Source: a virus. Taken from it: 64,000 nucleotides of DNA. This document shows positions 16,252 to 23,963 of this stretch, piece by piece. A program made the position numbers and the translations under genes. How positions within the stretch are numbered: the first letter of the stretch is position 1; each line of letters opens with the position of its first letter. The notes under the pieces are model-generated. The model did no database searches. It saw only the letters and a list, made by a program, of their open reading frames with translations, and had not been told where the DNA came from. The stretch covers positions 41,066 to 105,065 of IMG/VR virus record IMGVR_UViG_3300020122_000155; one strand, given 5' to 3'.

Positions 16252-16526
16252 ACCGCGAACGCTTGGCGTGGACGGCGCTTCAGCCATGCTGGATAACCGG
16301 CGAGATTCCGGCGACTGTGCATCATGTACGTTTCTTCGGATCACCCAAAGACGATACGCGCACCATCCCCCTAGTCGCGCGGCTGCACATGCTCACGCAT
16401 GAAATCTCCGGTCAGTTTTGCATTGAACGAGGGAAACGAGTGTTCGAGGAATTTTGGGGCGTAAACATCGAGGACGGCGTTGCTAAGTATCAGCGGCTCT
16501 ACGCGGAGTTTTGCGGCAAAAATTAA
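16191..16526 (+). CDS. DUF968/Ref-like His-Cys nuclease-fold protein
   Basis: QPCWITG....HHVR....KDD..TIPL...H; second Cys positions degenerate. Confidence 0.55.
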   Translation: MLRRTRVKRKRTKPRRGRIVDRERLAWTALQPCWITGEIPATVHHVRFFGSPKDDTRTIPLVARLHMLTHEISGQFCIERGKRVFEEFWGVNIEDGVAKYQRLYAEFCGKN

Positions 16527-16530
16527 ATTA

Positions 16531-16558
16531 TTGACGAAGTGCAAAAATGGTGCATAAT
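16531..16558 (+). promoter_or_regulatory. sigma70-like promoter, leaderless
   Basis: TTGACG-16-CATAAT with AT-rich upstream tract; ATG 6 nt after the -10 box. Confidence 0.6.
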
Positions 16559-16564
16559 GAGTGC

Positions 16565-16756
16565 ATGGCAAAGCGCATCCCGGTATGGAGGAAAGATCAA
16601 AAGCTAGAGCGCTTGCATCCAAAGCCATTACGATCCCGCCTCAATCTTCACATTCCAGAATCGTTAAAAGATCGCCTGAGAATGCGAGCAGAGCGCGAAG
16701 GGGAGACCTTAACGGCGTGTGCTATTCGCCTACTCAAGGATGGCGTGCAAAGATGA
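16565..16756 (+). CDS. Arc-like ribbon-helix-helix regulator
   Basis: RLNLHIPESLKDRLRMRAEREGETLT....RLL. Confidence 0.75.
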   Translation: MAKRIPVWRKDQKLERLHPKPLRSRLNLHIPESLKDRLRMRAEREGETLTACAIRLLKDGVQR

Positions 16757-16765
16757 GGAGATTTT

Positions 16766-17056
16766 ATGAGCGAACAATGCGGGTGCCGGATCGAGACGAA
16801 CGGGGACAAAGAACGTGTATTCGGCAAGGAGTTAAAGATCGCCTACTGCCCCCTTCACCGAGCGGCAGATAAGCTGCTGGAAGCGTTGCGGAATTGTTTA
16901 TGCCAAACATGCGGTCATCGCTTTGGCTGGACGGAGCCGCATGGTCCAAGAGACTCGCAAAATATGAGAAGTGACTGGGCTAAGTGCTCGACTTGTAAAT
17001 TGCCACGCGCCGCCATCGCGCTTGCTGAAGGTGAGTCAGTGAAGGCGGGGAAATGA
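16766..17056 (+). CDS. Cys-rich hypothetical protein
   Basis: GAGGAG RBS; YCPLH.AA.KLLEAL...RAAIALAEG. Confidence 0.65.
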   Translation: MSEQCGCRIETNGDKERVFGKELKIAYCPLHRAADKLLEALRNCLCQTCGHRFGWTEPHGPRDSQNMRSDWAKCSTCKLPRAAIALAEGESVKAGK

Positions 17057-17655
17057 AATGGCGCATCGCAGGAATTGTGCTGGCGTGGCCTATTTCTACC
17101 GTCATTGTGTGGGGATTGCTTGCGATCACGGCACATTGTCAGGTCATGGCTACGATGGAGTTCATGTCGAGCGCGGGGACTGCGCCATTGATCGGGAGAG
17201 GTGTAGCGGCTGCGACGGTTAACATTCATGTCTGCCCCGTAGGGCCGCTTCCAGTGTCTTTCGACTGGCTGCGCTTCGAGTTCCCTGAGATTCGCTTGTA
17301 CAGCTTGGAGCAGCAATCAGCAATTCTTTCGCAGCGTGTGGCGGAATCTCTGCCTGCTAGAATCGCGAAGTGGGGCGGGCGCGCGGTCGAAGTAGGCGGC
17401 GTGGCGGTGCAAGCTGAGTCGGCACTGAAGAAATCTCCCTCGCAGGTGGGAACGGTGGCGACGGTTAGCGGGCTGGCGATCCAGCTTGCAGTGGCATGGG
17501 CGTCGAAGGATGTGCCGAAGTATGTGATTTCTAACCCAGTTCCGCAAACCCTGACGCTCAAGGATTGCGCGGATTACACCGCCTTAGCAGTTTATGGGAA
17601 AGCGCCTGCGGTGGTCGGCCCTAGGCGCGTGGACCCGATAGGAGTGAAGCCGTGA
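17053..17655 (+). CDS. membrane-anchored or secreted hypothetical protein
   Basis: Hydrophobic N-terminus; ATGA overlap. Confidence 0.6.
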   Translation: MKWRIAGIVLAWPISTVIVWGLLAITAHCQVMATMEFMSSAGTAPLIGRGVAAATVNIHVCPVGPLPVSFDWLRFEFPEIRLYSLEQQSAILSQRVAESLPARIAKWGGRAVEVGGVAVQAESALKKSPSQVGTVATVSGLAIQLAVAWASKDVPKYVISNPVPQTLTLKDCADYTALAVYGKAPAVVGPRRVDPIGVKP

Positions 17656-18188
17656 AATTCGCTTACGCAGACCCACCATATATCGGGCAGGCCAAACAGC
17701 ATTACTCACACGACCCGCTCTGTGCGGAAGTGGATCACCGTTTGTTGATAGACCGCTTGATGACGGACTTCCCTGATGGGTGGGCGCTGTCGGCCAGCAC
17801 GCCTTCTCTGTCTGTGATCCTGCCGATGTGTCCTCCAGGTTGGAGAATGGGCGCTTGGTGCAAATCGTTCTGCGCTTTCAAGCGCAACGTGCGGCCTGCC
17901 TATGCTTGGGAGCCTGTAATCTTCTACGGAGGCCGCAACCCGATGAATGGCCATCGGGCGGCTATTCCAGAGAAGAATGGCAAGCAGACGACCCCGAAAG
18001 ACTTCATTGTTGCGCCCATCACGCTTCAGAAGGGGTTAGTGGGAGCGAAGCCGATAACGGTTTGTCACTGGATTTTGGATCTCCTTAATTTCCAACAAGG
18101 CGACACGATGGAGGATCTTTATCCAGGAACGGGAGTGATGAGCATGGCTCTCGCCCAAAGAACAATAGTGGCCCTAGGATTAGCATGA
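17652..18188 (+). CDS. DNA amino-methyltransferase (N6-A/N4-C)
   Basis: YADPPY catalytic motif; K-P and DLYPGTG SAM-binding motif. Confidence 0.8.
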   Translation: MKFAYADPPYIGQAKQHYSHDPLCAEVDHRLLIDRLMTDFPDGWALSASTPSLSVILPMCPPGWRMGAWCKSFCAFKRNVRPAYAWEPVIFYGGRNPMNGHRAAIPEKNGKQTTPKDFIVAPITLQKGLVGAKPITVCHWILDLLNFQQGDTMEDLYPGTGVMSMALAQRTIVALGLA

Positions 18189-18379
18189 CAGCCAAGCGAA
18201 TTGCGGAGAGGGCGCTGGAACAAGGGCAAACGCAAGCCCTGCTTGGTAGAGAGGTGGGTAGCCTTTGTGTTCTGTTGGAGGCTTTTAATTTGATTGCGAA
18301 ATACGGAAATAATATTCCGCAGCGTTCATCCACCGAGCCCGCGAAGCCCGAAGCCACAAGGAACGAGGCCGGGAAATGA
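18185..18379 (+). CDS. hypothetical protein
   Basis: ATGA overlaps. Confidence 0.45.
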   Translation: MTAKRIAERALEQGQTQALLGREVGSLCVLLEAFNLIAKYGNNIPQRSSTEPAKPEATRNEAGK

Positions 18380-18627
18380 GCTGGAGCGCAGAATGCCTGC
18401 ATAGAATGTGTTCTGCCTGCAATTTTGAGGATTGTGAATGCAGGCATCATTTATTAGAGGCGATGGATGATGATGTGTCCACTGCGGATTATGTTGTAAC
18501 GGAGGTAAGTCAGGAAAGGGTTGTCTATGGCTACTGCATCTTGTGTGAAGCATTTGATGGATATAAGGCAGGCGTGATGCTGTGCGATGAATGTCAATCC
18601 GGCACATCCAGCGGCAAAGGGGAGTGA
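18376..18627 (+). CDS. Cys-rich hypothetical protein
   Basis: Several CxxC motifs; ATGA overlap. Confidence 0.5.
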   Translation: MSWSAECLHRMCSACNFEDCECRHHLLEAMDDDVSTADYVVTEVSQERVVYGYCILCEAFDGYKAGVMLCDECQSGTSSGKGE

Positions 18628-18628
18628 G

Positions 18629-18850
18629 ATGGCGGAAAATAGCAAGGTGCTGACGCGGGCGCAGTTGGATGTGATTAAGGACGAAGTTTGCTGCAACGAT
18701 GTTGTCATGTTACTTGCCTTCATCGAGGACCATCTCCTGCCAATATGCAAATTAGCAGGAAGCGATACAACGCATTATGCAGAAGGGGCTGGAGGGCTTG
18801 AGGATTTGCGTCGTAAAGCCAATCGCATTGTTCGCGAAGGGGGCTACTGA
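18629..18850 (+). CDS. hypothetical protein
   Basis: GGGGAG RBS; start MAENSK. Confidence 0.55.
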   Translation: MAENSKVLTRAQLDVIKDEVCCNDVVMLLAFIEDHLLPICKLAGSDTTHYAEGAGGLEDLRRKANRIVREGGY

Positions 18851-18851
18851 G

Positions 18852-19730
18852 ATGGCGGAACAAGCGGGAATGACGGAAGGGATGTCGGAGCGCGAGAAGT
18901 TTATTCGAGGGGCACAGTTCTGCATTCACGACGAAGATGCGGGAAATTATCTCATTGGTGTCATAGACGTAATCCGCGAGGATAGAAATCGCCTACGCTC
19001 CGAGAACGCGGCAAAGGACGAAGAGATTGCGCGGCTAGGATTCGCAGTACGGAACGTGATGGAAGCGACTGGCATCACATTGGATAATCCATCTGGAGAT
19101 CTGGCTGACGAACTAGCTAATGTCATGCAGGCGTTCATCATGGACAAATCGAACGACGTGAAAGCAGTCCAGGCGCAACTGGCCCAGGCCCGTAGGATTC
19201 CAGGATGCCCTGAAGGGATGCGGGTGGTAAAAATTGGTCCCTTGGTATTTTCAGATCGTGGGGATATTAGGCAGGCATGGCTGGAGCCCTCCGAAGAGGG
19301 CGCGGCCTCGCAATTTCACTACGACGTTTCGCGTGATGCGAGCGGCTCGATAAAGTTCCAAATCAACGAGTCGGATATTCCGCGAGCGTTTCATCCGCTG
19401 AATGCCGCTGAGAACAAGGGCTCCACTTCGCCCGTATCTGCTGAGGCCCCGGCCTGTACGGAATCCGAATCGGCCATCAAGTACAAACATCCCGGACCAG
19501 TGGGAACGAACTTCCTAGATGCAGAGCAAGCAGAGGCGATGGTTCGGCACATGATAGAAGGCCTACCATCCGTGCCAGCGGAGACGCCAAAGGTGAGCAT
19601 TGAATATCTCGGAGAAGTGTTCATGGAGACAGGGGGGTCTATTTATGGGAGCGATCAAGATCTTGATAATGGCATCCGTGCCGTAGCCCGCGCCTTGGGG
19701 TGCGAGGATCGAATCGAGGAGGAGAAATAA
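18852..19730 (+). CDS. mosaic hypothetical protein with coiled coil
   Basis: Start MAEQAG with GGGGG RBS; GTN.LDAEQAEAMVRHM.EGLP motif. Confidence 0.65.
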   Translation: MAEQAGMTEGMSEREKFIRGAQFCIHDEDAGNYLIGVIDVIREDRNRLRSENAAKDEEIARLGFAVRNVMEATGITLDNPSGDLADELANVMQAFIMDKSNDVKAVQAQLAQARRIPGCPEGMRVVKIGPLVFSDRGDIRQAWLEPSEEGAASQFHYDVSRDASGSIKFQINESDIPRAFHPLNAAENKGSTSPVSAEAPACTESESAIKYKHPGPVGTNFLDAEQAEAMVRHMIEGLPSVPAETPKVSIEYLGEVFMETGGSIYGSDQDLDNGIRAVARALGCEDRIEEEK

Positions 19731-19731
19731 G

Positions 19732-19914
19732 ATGCTCGGATTTCCGAACGCAGAACAGTTGAAGGCCATGGAGGTCGAAGGGATTCAGCAATTCCTAGAC
19801 GGCATCAGGGCGCAGATACCGCAGTTAGTCGCAGCGCTTGCGAAGCTGGGGGAGACGCATCGAGCACGGATTACCATGCCAGCGGACGGCAAGGGCGGGG
19901 TGATCGTGGAATAG
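19732..19914 (+). CDS. hypothetical protein
   Basis: GGAGGAG RBS. Confidence 0.55.
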   Translation: MLGFPNAEQLKAMEVEGIQQFLDGIRAQIPQLVAALAKLGETHRARITMPADGKGGVIVE

Positions 19915-19925
19915 GAGGAGAAGGC

Positions 19926-20231
19926 ATGAAATTCTTCGAGAACACTCAGAGGTTCGATCTAGCTGGCCGCTTTTCTGTGGAACAACGTCGCTTTGGATGG
20001 ATGCTAAGAAAGCACCCGAAGGCGAAGGGTATTTGTAGTAAGCGCGGGGCGCATTGGCAACTAATAGTTCATCATGACGGGTTATCTGATTTATCCGATG
20101 CTGACTTGGATGCCGTTCACGACGATGCCCTAGCGCGAGTGTGGTCGGTGATGCGGGCCATCGGAGAAGAGAAAAAGAGACGAGCAGAGCCCGTCCAAGA
20201 CGCAACGCTGACGGAGGCCGAAACGAAATGA
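19926..20231 (+). CDS. hypothetical protein
   Basis: GGAGGAG RBS. Confidence 0.6.
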   Translation: MKFFENTQRFDLAGRFSVEQRRFGWMLRKHPKAKGICSKRGAHWQLIVHHDGLSDLSDADLDAVHDDALARVWSVMRAIGEEKKRRAEPVQDATLTEAETK

Positions 20232-20557
20232 ACAACGCCGATAAATTGGCCTCAGGCAGCATCCCGGCTTCGCTCGAATCGGAGCAAGTTCGACAGCCGA
20301 CCAAGGTTGGCATCGCGGTTGAATGCGTGGTGTGCGGCCTTCGCAAGGTTCCGCGTGGAAGGTCAGCCCCGCTGGAAATGGCGAACTCGATGTGCGACTA
20401 CGAATGCCACGGCTATTATCAGAAGCCTTTCGTGGGCTGCTTATGGCCGGGAGAAACCGACGCGGATTTTGGTTATCCGTGCGGTGATGACGGAATAGTA
20501 GCTTTTGTGCCCTCCTCCTCAGTCAGCACCGAAGCGCAGAACGAGGCCATCAAATGA
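20228..20557 (+). CDS. Cys-rich hypothetical protein
   Basis: Start MNNADK; C.VC..RK.PRGRS.P...C...C.GY...LWPGE. Confidence 0.6.
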   Translation: MNNADKLASGSIPASLESEQVRQPTKVGIAVECVVCGLRKVPRGRSAPLEMANSMCDYECHGYYQKPFVGCLWPGETDADFGYPCGDDGIVAFVPSSSVSTEAQNEAIK

Positions 20558-20808
20558 GCGAATCGGCGTTAGGCGGTTGGGCAAATCATGGAGGCAAGGT
20601 AGCCGGATTATCGCAAGCCCTGGCGTGTCCGTTCTGCGGCGAACAGCCACTCATCGTTCCGTGGCATGGCGGCGGTCCGCGAAAGCGAAATGTGTTTTGC
20701 GCAAACGACACCTGCTTAGTGCAGCCGGGGGTTTGTGGGACTACTGAGAATCGTGCCCTTGAGAATTGGAACTATCGACCACCTAGGAAAAGGAGCGTAG
20801 CGGCATGA
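20554..20808 (+). CDS. Lar-family restriction alleviation-like protein
   Basis: LACPFCG...C...C...A...WN.R. Confidence 0.65.
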   Translation: MSESALGGWANHGGKVAGLSQALACPFCGEQPLIVPWHGGGPRKRNVFCANDTCLVQPGVCGTTENRALENWNYRPPRKRSVAA

Positions 20809-21008
20809 ATGACGAACAGCAATACGACTATGCCTTCTCCGTACCAATGGGAGAACCATCCGCAACACCCGGCGAAGAACGCATCGATGTAGATTACCGC
20901 ACTGCAGCATACGCAGAAGCGGGGCAGATAAACCCTGATCCAGAGGAGTGGTCTCTAGCCACTTCGGAACAGATCGCAGCCGTAAAAAAGGAGCATACTG
21001 AAGCATGA
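20805..21008 (+). CDS. acidic hypothetical protein
   Basis: AAGGAG RBS; ATGA overlap. Confidence 0.5.
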   Translation: MNDEQQYDYAFSVPMGEPSATPGEERIDVDYRTAAYAEAGQINPDPEEWSLATSEQIAAVKKEHTEA

Positions 21009-21352
21009 CAACATTCGCAGAGGCCGCAAAAGTGGCAAAGGAATGCGATGGCACGGCCAGTCCGCTGCCAGAGTATAGAAGCCACAAGCACGTTTACGCA
21101 CTTAAGATCAAGGAAGTTATTTCAGCGCCTAAGCCCACCATCGAAGAACTCGATGCAATTTTGAATGGCAACGGCCGCGAGGACATCGGGGGATTCATAG
21201 TCCCAGAAGATCGCTTTGCACCGATTGCAGTCAGTCGCGATTGGTTGTCGAAACATGAACCACAAGTTGGAGGCTATCTCGTATTTTACAAGGACGGCTA
21301 CCGCTCTTTTTCACCTGCTCAAGCATTCGAGGAAGGATACACACGAGTATGA
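21005..21352 (+). CDS. conserved phage hypothetical protein
   Basis: LP.Y.SHK.V.ALKI...P..GGY.V.Y.DGY.SFSPA.AFEEGY. Confidence 0.75.
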   Translation: MTTFAEAAKVAKECDGTASPLPEYRSHKHVYALKIKEVISAPKPTIEELDAILNGNGREDIGGFIVPEDRFAPIAVSRDWLSKHEPQVGGYLVFYKDGYRSFSPAQAFEEGYTRV

Positions 21353-22155
21353 GCACCATCCCCGGCACTTTTGCCCAACGACCGCCGACGCCCGCGACCT
21401 CGCCCTACGGCATGAGCGAGCTTTACCTATACGGCATCTTCACCCGAGCATCGGCCAAGGCTGCGGGACTGCCAGAGAGTTGCACGCCGCCGTTCAACCC
21501 GGCACTGCCCGTCAAGAACTGGGTGGCCCTCGATGTGGACGACACGGATGTGAACTCGTTCCTGACGCTCAAGACGGTCAAGATGGGCGATGTCAGCCAA
21601 GTTGTGCTCCCGGCCAAGTTCGTCCCGTTCCTGACGCAGGCGGGGCAGGCGAGCACGCTGAACCTGCCTGATGAAGCGGCGAGTTACCCGCCGTATGTGG
21701 TTGAGCCCACCGGAGCTTATGTGAACAACGGAGGGCCTATTAATCCTGAGTATTTGGCGACTCTGGAGCAGGCGCAGGAAATGCGTAAAGCGCTTGGCGC
21801 GGAGGGTGCGGCGATTGTGGCATGGCAACCGACCGGAGGGCCGGGAGGATTCCAGATCATCTATCCAGCAGATGAGCATCGCCGCTGGCTGCAATTCACG
21901 GACGGATTCGGCCAAGTCCAGACGGTGGGCGTGATGCTCCGCGCCATGAACCAGAACGGCGTAGGCGCTCCCGGTCAGTGGGTGAACGATGGCAAGACGT
22001 GGCAGTGGCTCCCGACGCACTCAGCGCCGTCTGACCCGCCGCACGGCCCGATCTTCCCGATGCCGATGGGCAGACTGCTGCCGGAAGAGAGCATTATCAC
22101 GGAGTTCTCAATCGGCCCGATGATTTCAAACTCGAAGTTGCCGCAAGGCGTGTAA
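21349..22155 (+). CDS. Pro-rich hypothetical protein
   Basis: Long ORF with high GC3; ATGA overlap. Confidence 0.75.
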   Translation: MSTIPGTFAQRPPTPATSPYGMSELYLYGIFTRASAKAAGLPESCTPPFNPALPVKNWVALDVDDTDVNSFLTLKTVKMGDVSQVVLPAKFVPFLTQAGQASTLNLPDEAASYPPYVVEPTGAYVNNGGPINPEYLATLEQAQEMRKALGAEGAAIVAWQPTGGPGGFQIIYPADEHRRWLQFTDGFGQVQTVGVMLRAMNQNGVGAPGQWVNDGKTWQWLPTHSAPSDPPHGPIFPMPMGRLLPEESIITEFSIGPMISNSKLPQGV

Positions 22156-22166
22156 GAATATTTTAT

Positions 22167-22319
22167 GCTGGCGTCAATCTTGATGATGAAGGATACGGGG
22201 CGTAGCGGTGAGGTTCCTTCGAAGTCCGACGCACGCCACAGGTAAGCAGCGTCAAAGAGACTGCAAGCACCTGATGGTGGAAACCTCAGCCGGGTTAGAA
22301 CCGGCACGCCAGCCAACCA
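22167..22319 (+). ncRNA. structured RNA with tRNA-like termini
   Basis: GCTGGCGT/ACGCCAGC closing stem; T-arm-like GCCGG-GTTAGAA-CCGGC; 3' CCAACCA; long internal helices. Confidence 0.55.
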
Positions 22320-22341
22320 ATTTTAGTAAAGAGGAGACCAA

Positions 22342-22578
22342 ATGTTAAAAACTGACCTGATCAAAGCAAAGCAGGACGTGGAGGCGGGGAATAGCGCCAT
22401 CCAAAACGCGATCAACCGCTACGGATCACTTCTCGCGGAAGATAAGCGGCAGCAGTTCTTTGATTTCCTGCGGCTATTACAGCCGGAGTCAATGGGTGGA
22501 ACGCACGGAAACGGTGTGCTAAACGAGTTCACGGCGGCGTTGCAGACGCTGATCGACTCGACGCCGGATGGGGAGTAG
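22342..22578 (+). CDS. hypothetical protein
   Basis: GAGGAG RBS. Confidence 0.65.
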   Translation: MLKTDLIKAKQDVEAGNSAIQNAINRYGSLLAEDKRQQFFDFLRLLQPESMGGTHGNGVLNEFTAALQTLIDSTPDGE

Positions 22579-22580
22579 CC

Positions 22581-22988
22581 ATGCGAGAACTTACAGACCA
22601 TATCGTGAGCGGCGATCAAGCTGTGCAGTTGAAGATCGAAGTTACTGACGAGCCGGGGGCTGGGGGCGCAAACCATCGATACGAAATAACGGGCTTCGAC
22701 ACCAAGCCTAATCCCTCCGCGAAGGATCGCGCTGGCTATATGTCCAGCTATTCGCGGGAGTTGGTGCTGTTTCAGAATGGCCCAATCAAAGAGGCTGGCG
22801 TAAACGGCATAACGCAAGAAGCGCTACTGGCTATTGTGATTGACCGCCTGCGGAGTTTCCAGGCTGGCCCGTTCGCTTGCCGCGAGAATGCAATCTCGTT
22901 GACCCATTGCGAGGAAGCGCTGATGTGGCTCCAGCGACGCACGGTCGCACGCATCAAGCGCGGCGTCGAAGGAACGAACGTAAAGTAG
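22581..22988 (+). CDS. tad1: Tad1-family immune-signal sponge (Thoeris anti-defence 1)
   Basis: G.GGA.H.Y, FQ.G, LL.IV.DRL.SFQAGPF..RENA..LTH.EEALMW..RR...R..R.V.GT closely matches Tad1. Confidence 0.85.
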   Translation: MRELTDHIVSGDQAVQLKIEVTDEPGAGGANHRYEITGFDTKPNPSAKDRAGYMSSYSRELVLFQNGPIKEAGVNGITQEALLAIVIDRLRSFQAGPFACRENAISLTHCEEALMWLQRRTVARIKRGVEGTNVK

Positions 22989-23003
22989 GAGTAGAATAAC
23001 CCC

Positions 23004-23135
23004 ATGCGAACCATTCTCTTAACCCTTCTCGCGGCCTTGCTGTTGAGCGCCGCGCCGATCCACTCCCAGCGGGACATCAACCCCTGCGGTAATAACTGGC
23101 CTCCGGTTTCGCCGTGTCCGGGGAGCGGGCAGTAG
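23004..23135 (+). CDS. small secreted peptide with two Cys
   Basis: Hand translation MRTILLTLLAALLLSAAPIHSQRDINPCGNNWPPVSPCPGSGQ-TAG; TAGAAT 6 nt upstream. Confidence 0.6.
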   Translation: MRTILLTLLAALLLSAAPIHSQRDINPCGNNWPPVSPCPGSGQ

Positions 23136-23141
23136 TCACCA

Positions 23142-23279
23142 ATGATTATAAAGGGAAAACACAAGGACTATCCAAAACTGTGGATTCTGCCACGTATTGA
23201 GTCAAACCCTTTTAGTATTGGTGTTGTGTGGCTTTGGTGGGGCATAATGCTGCTTAAGGATAGCAAGGAACACAAATGA
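23142..23279 (+). CDS. small protein with hydrophobic C-terminal segment
   Basis: MIIKGKHKDYPKLWILPRIESNPFSIGVVWLWWGIMLLKDSKEHK; ATGA overlap with the next ORF. Confidence 0.4.
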   Translation: MIIKGKHKDYPKLWILPRIESNPFSIGVVWLWWGIMLLKDSKEHK

Positions 23280-23431
23280 AATTCCATCCCTCATCCTCAA
23301 TAGGATGTGGTTGCGATCATCCGAAGACTGACCGCGATTCGGCTGAATGGATGGTATGTGCGGTCTGGCTTGCGCTCGCCTCTTTTGGGTGGGCGCAGGT
23401 CACCACAGTTCCACCCACTAGCGCAAAATGA
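23276..23431 (+). CDS. small membrane hypothetical protein
   Basis: AAGGA RBS; ATGA overlaps at both ends. Confidence 0.4.
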   Translation: MKFHPSSSIGCGCDHPKTDRDSAEWMVCAVWLALASFGWAQVTTVPPTSAK

Positions 23432-23691
23432 GACTGCATCGAGACAGCTATCACAGAGAGTTCGGCCAGCATTCCGGCATCCCGGAGTGCTGCATCGAGC
23501 ACTTCATCTCAGGAAACTACCTGGAGGGTTTCACCGAACACCTTGGCTACCGCCGATGCGATTCCTGTCGAGCCAGCGGGAGGATCGCGGAGATTCACAC
23601 TTGCTCGGAAGAATGCGCTCCGTTTTTGCGGAGCATCGGCATGAGCGAGGATGCGATTGAGGGGCACGTGTCGCGCTTGGTGTCCAAATGA
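23428..23691 (+). CDS. hypothetical protein
   Basis: G..SGIPECCI..F motif; ATGA overlaps. Confidence 0.55.
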   Translation: MRLHRDSYHREFGQHSGIPECCIEHFISGNYLEGFTEHLGYRRCDSCRASGRIAEIHTCSEECAPFLRSIGMSEDAIEGHVSRLVSK

Positions 23692-23963
23692 GACTCGCCC
23701 TGCTCGGCCTCTGGACCTCGGCGGCAATTTACGCTTGGTGGTTAATCTATCTTGAGGATGCTGACTCTGTACCTTCCTGGATTCAGCCAGTGATCGTGAT
23801 GTTAGCCGTGTCGGGAGTCGCAGCGCTCCCCTTGGTTTGGTTCTGTTTTCTTATGGACTCACTGGGAACTTCGCTTGATCCCCGCTCGCCAGCACCGCGT
23901 TCCCGCTCGTCAAGTACTGCGTCTGGAGGAGATAATCCCCTTGCCGCACATCCAGGCCGCTGA
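23688..23963 (+). CDS. small two-TM membrane protein
   Basis: ATGA overlap; 3' end overlaps the convergent late gene. Confidence 0.4.
   Translation: MRLALLGLWTSAAIYAWWLIYLEDADSVPSWIQPVIVMLAVSGVAALPLVWFCFLMDSLGTSLDPRSPAPRSRSSSTASGGDNPLAAHPGR

Noticed and set aside
21005-21352. Tad2 (DUF2829) anti-defence protein
   Set aside because: It has only the GY.V.Y.DGY.S.SP...FE..Y module and lacks the AR.GWNG and W.PSQ.D..A.DW motifs of Tad2.
22209-22288. Hammerhead or HDV/theta ribozyme (CTGATG...GAAAC; pseudoknot)
   Set aside because: There is no stem II and stem I does not pair, so not a hammerhead; the P3/L3/P1.1 elements of HDV-like ribozymes could not be assigned.
22167-22319. tmRNA or tRNA-Sec
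   Set aside because: Too short for tmRNA, with no G3-U70 pair or tag frame; no UCA anticodon arm.
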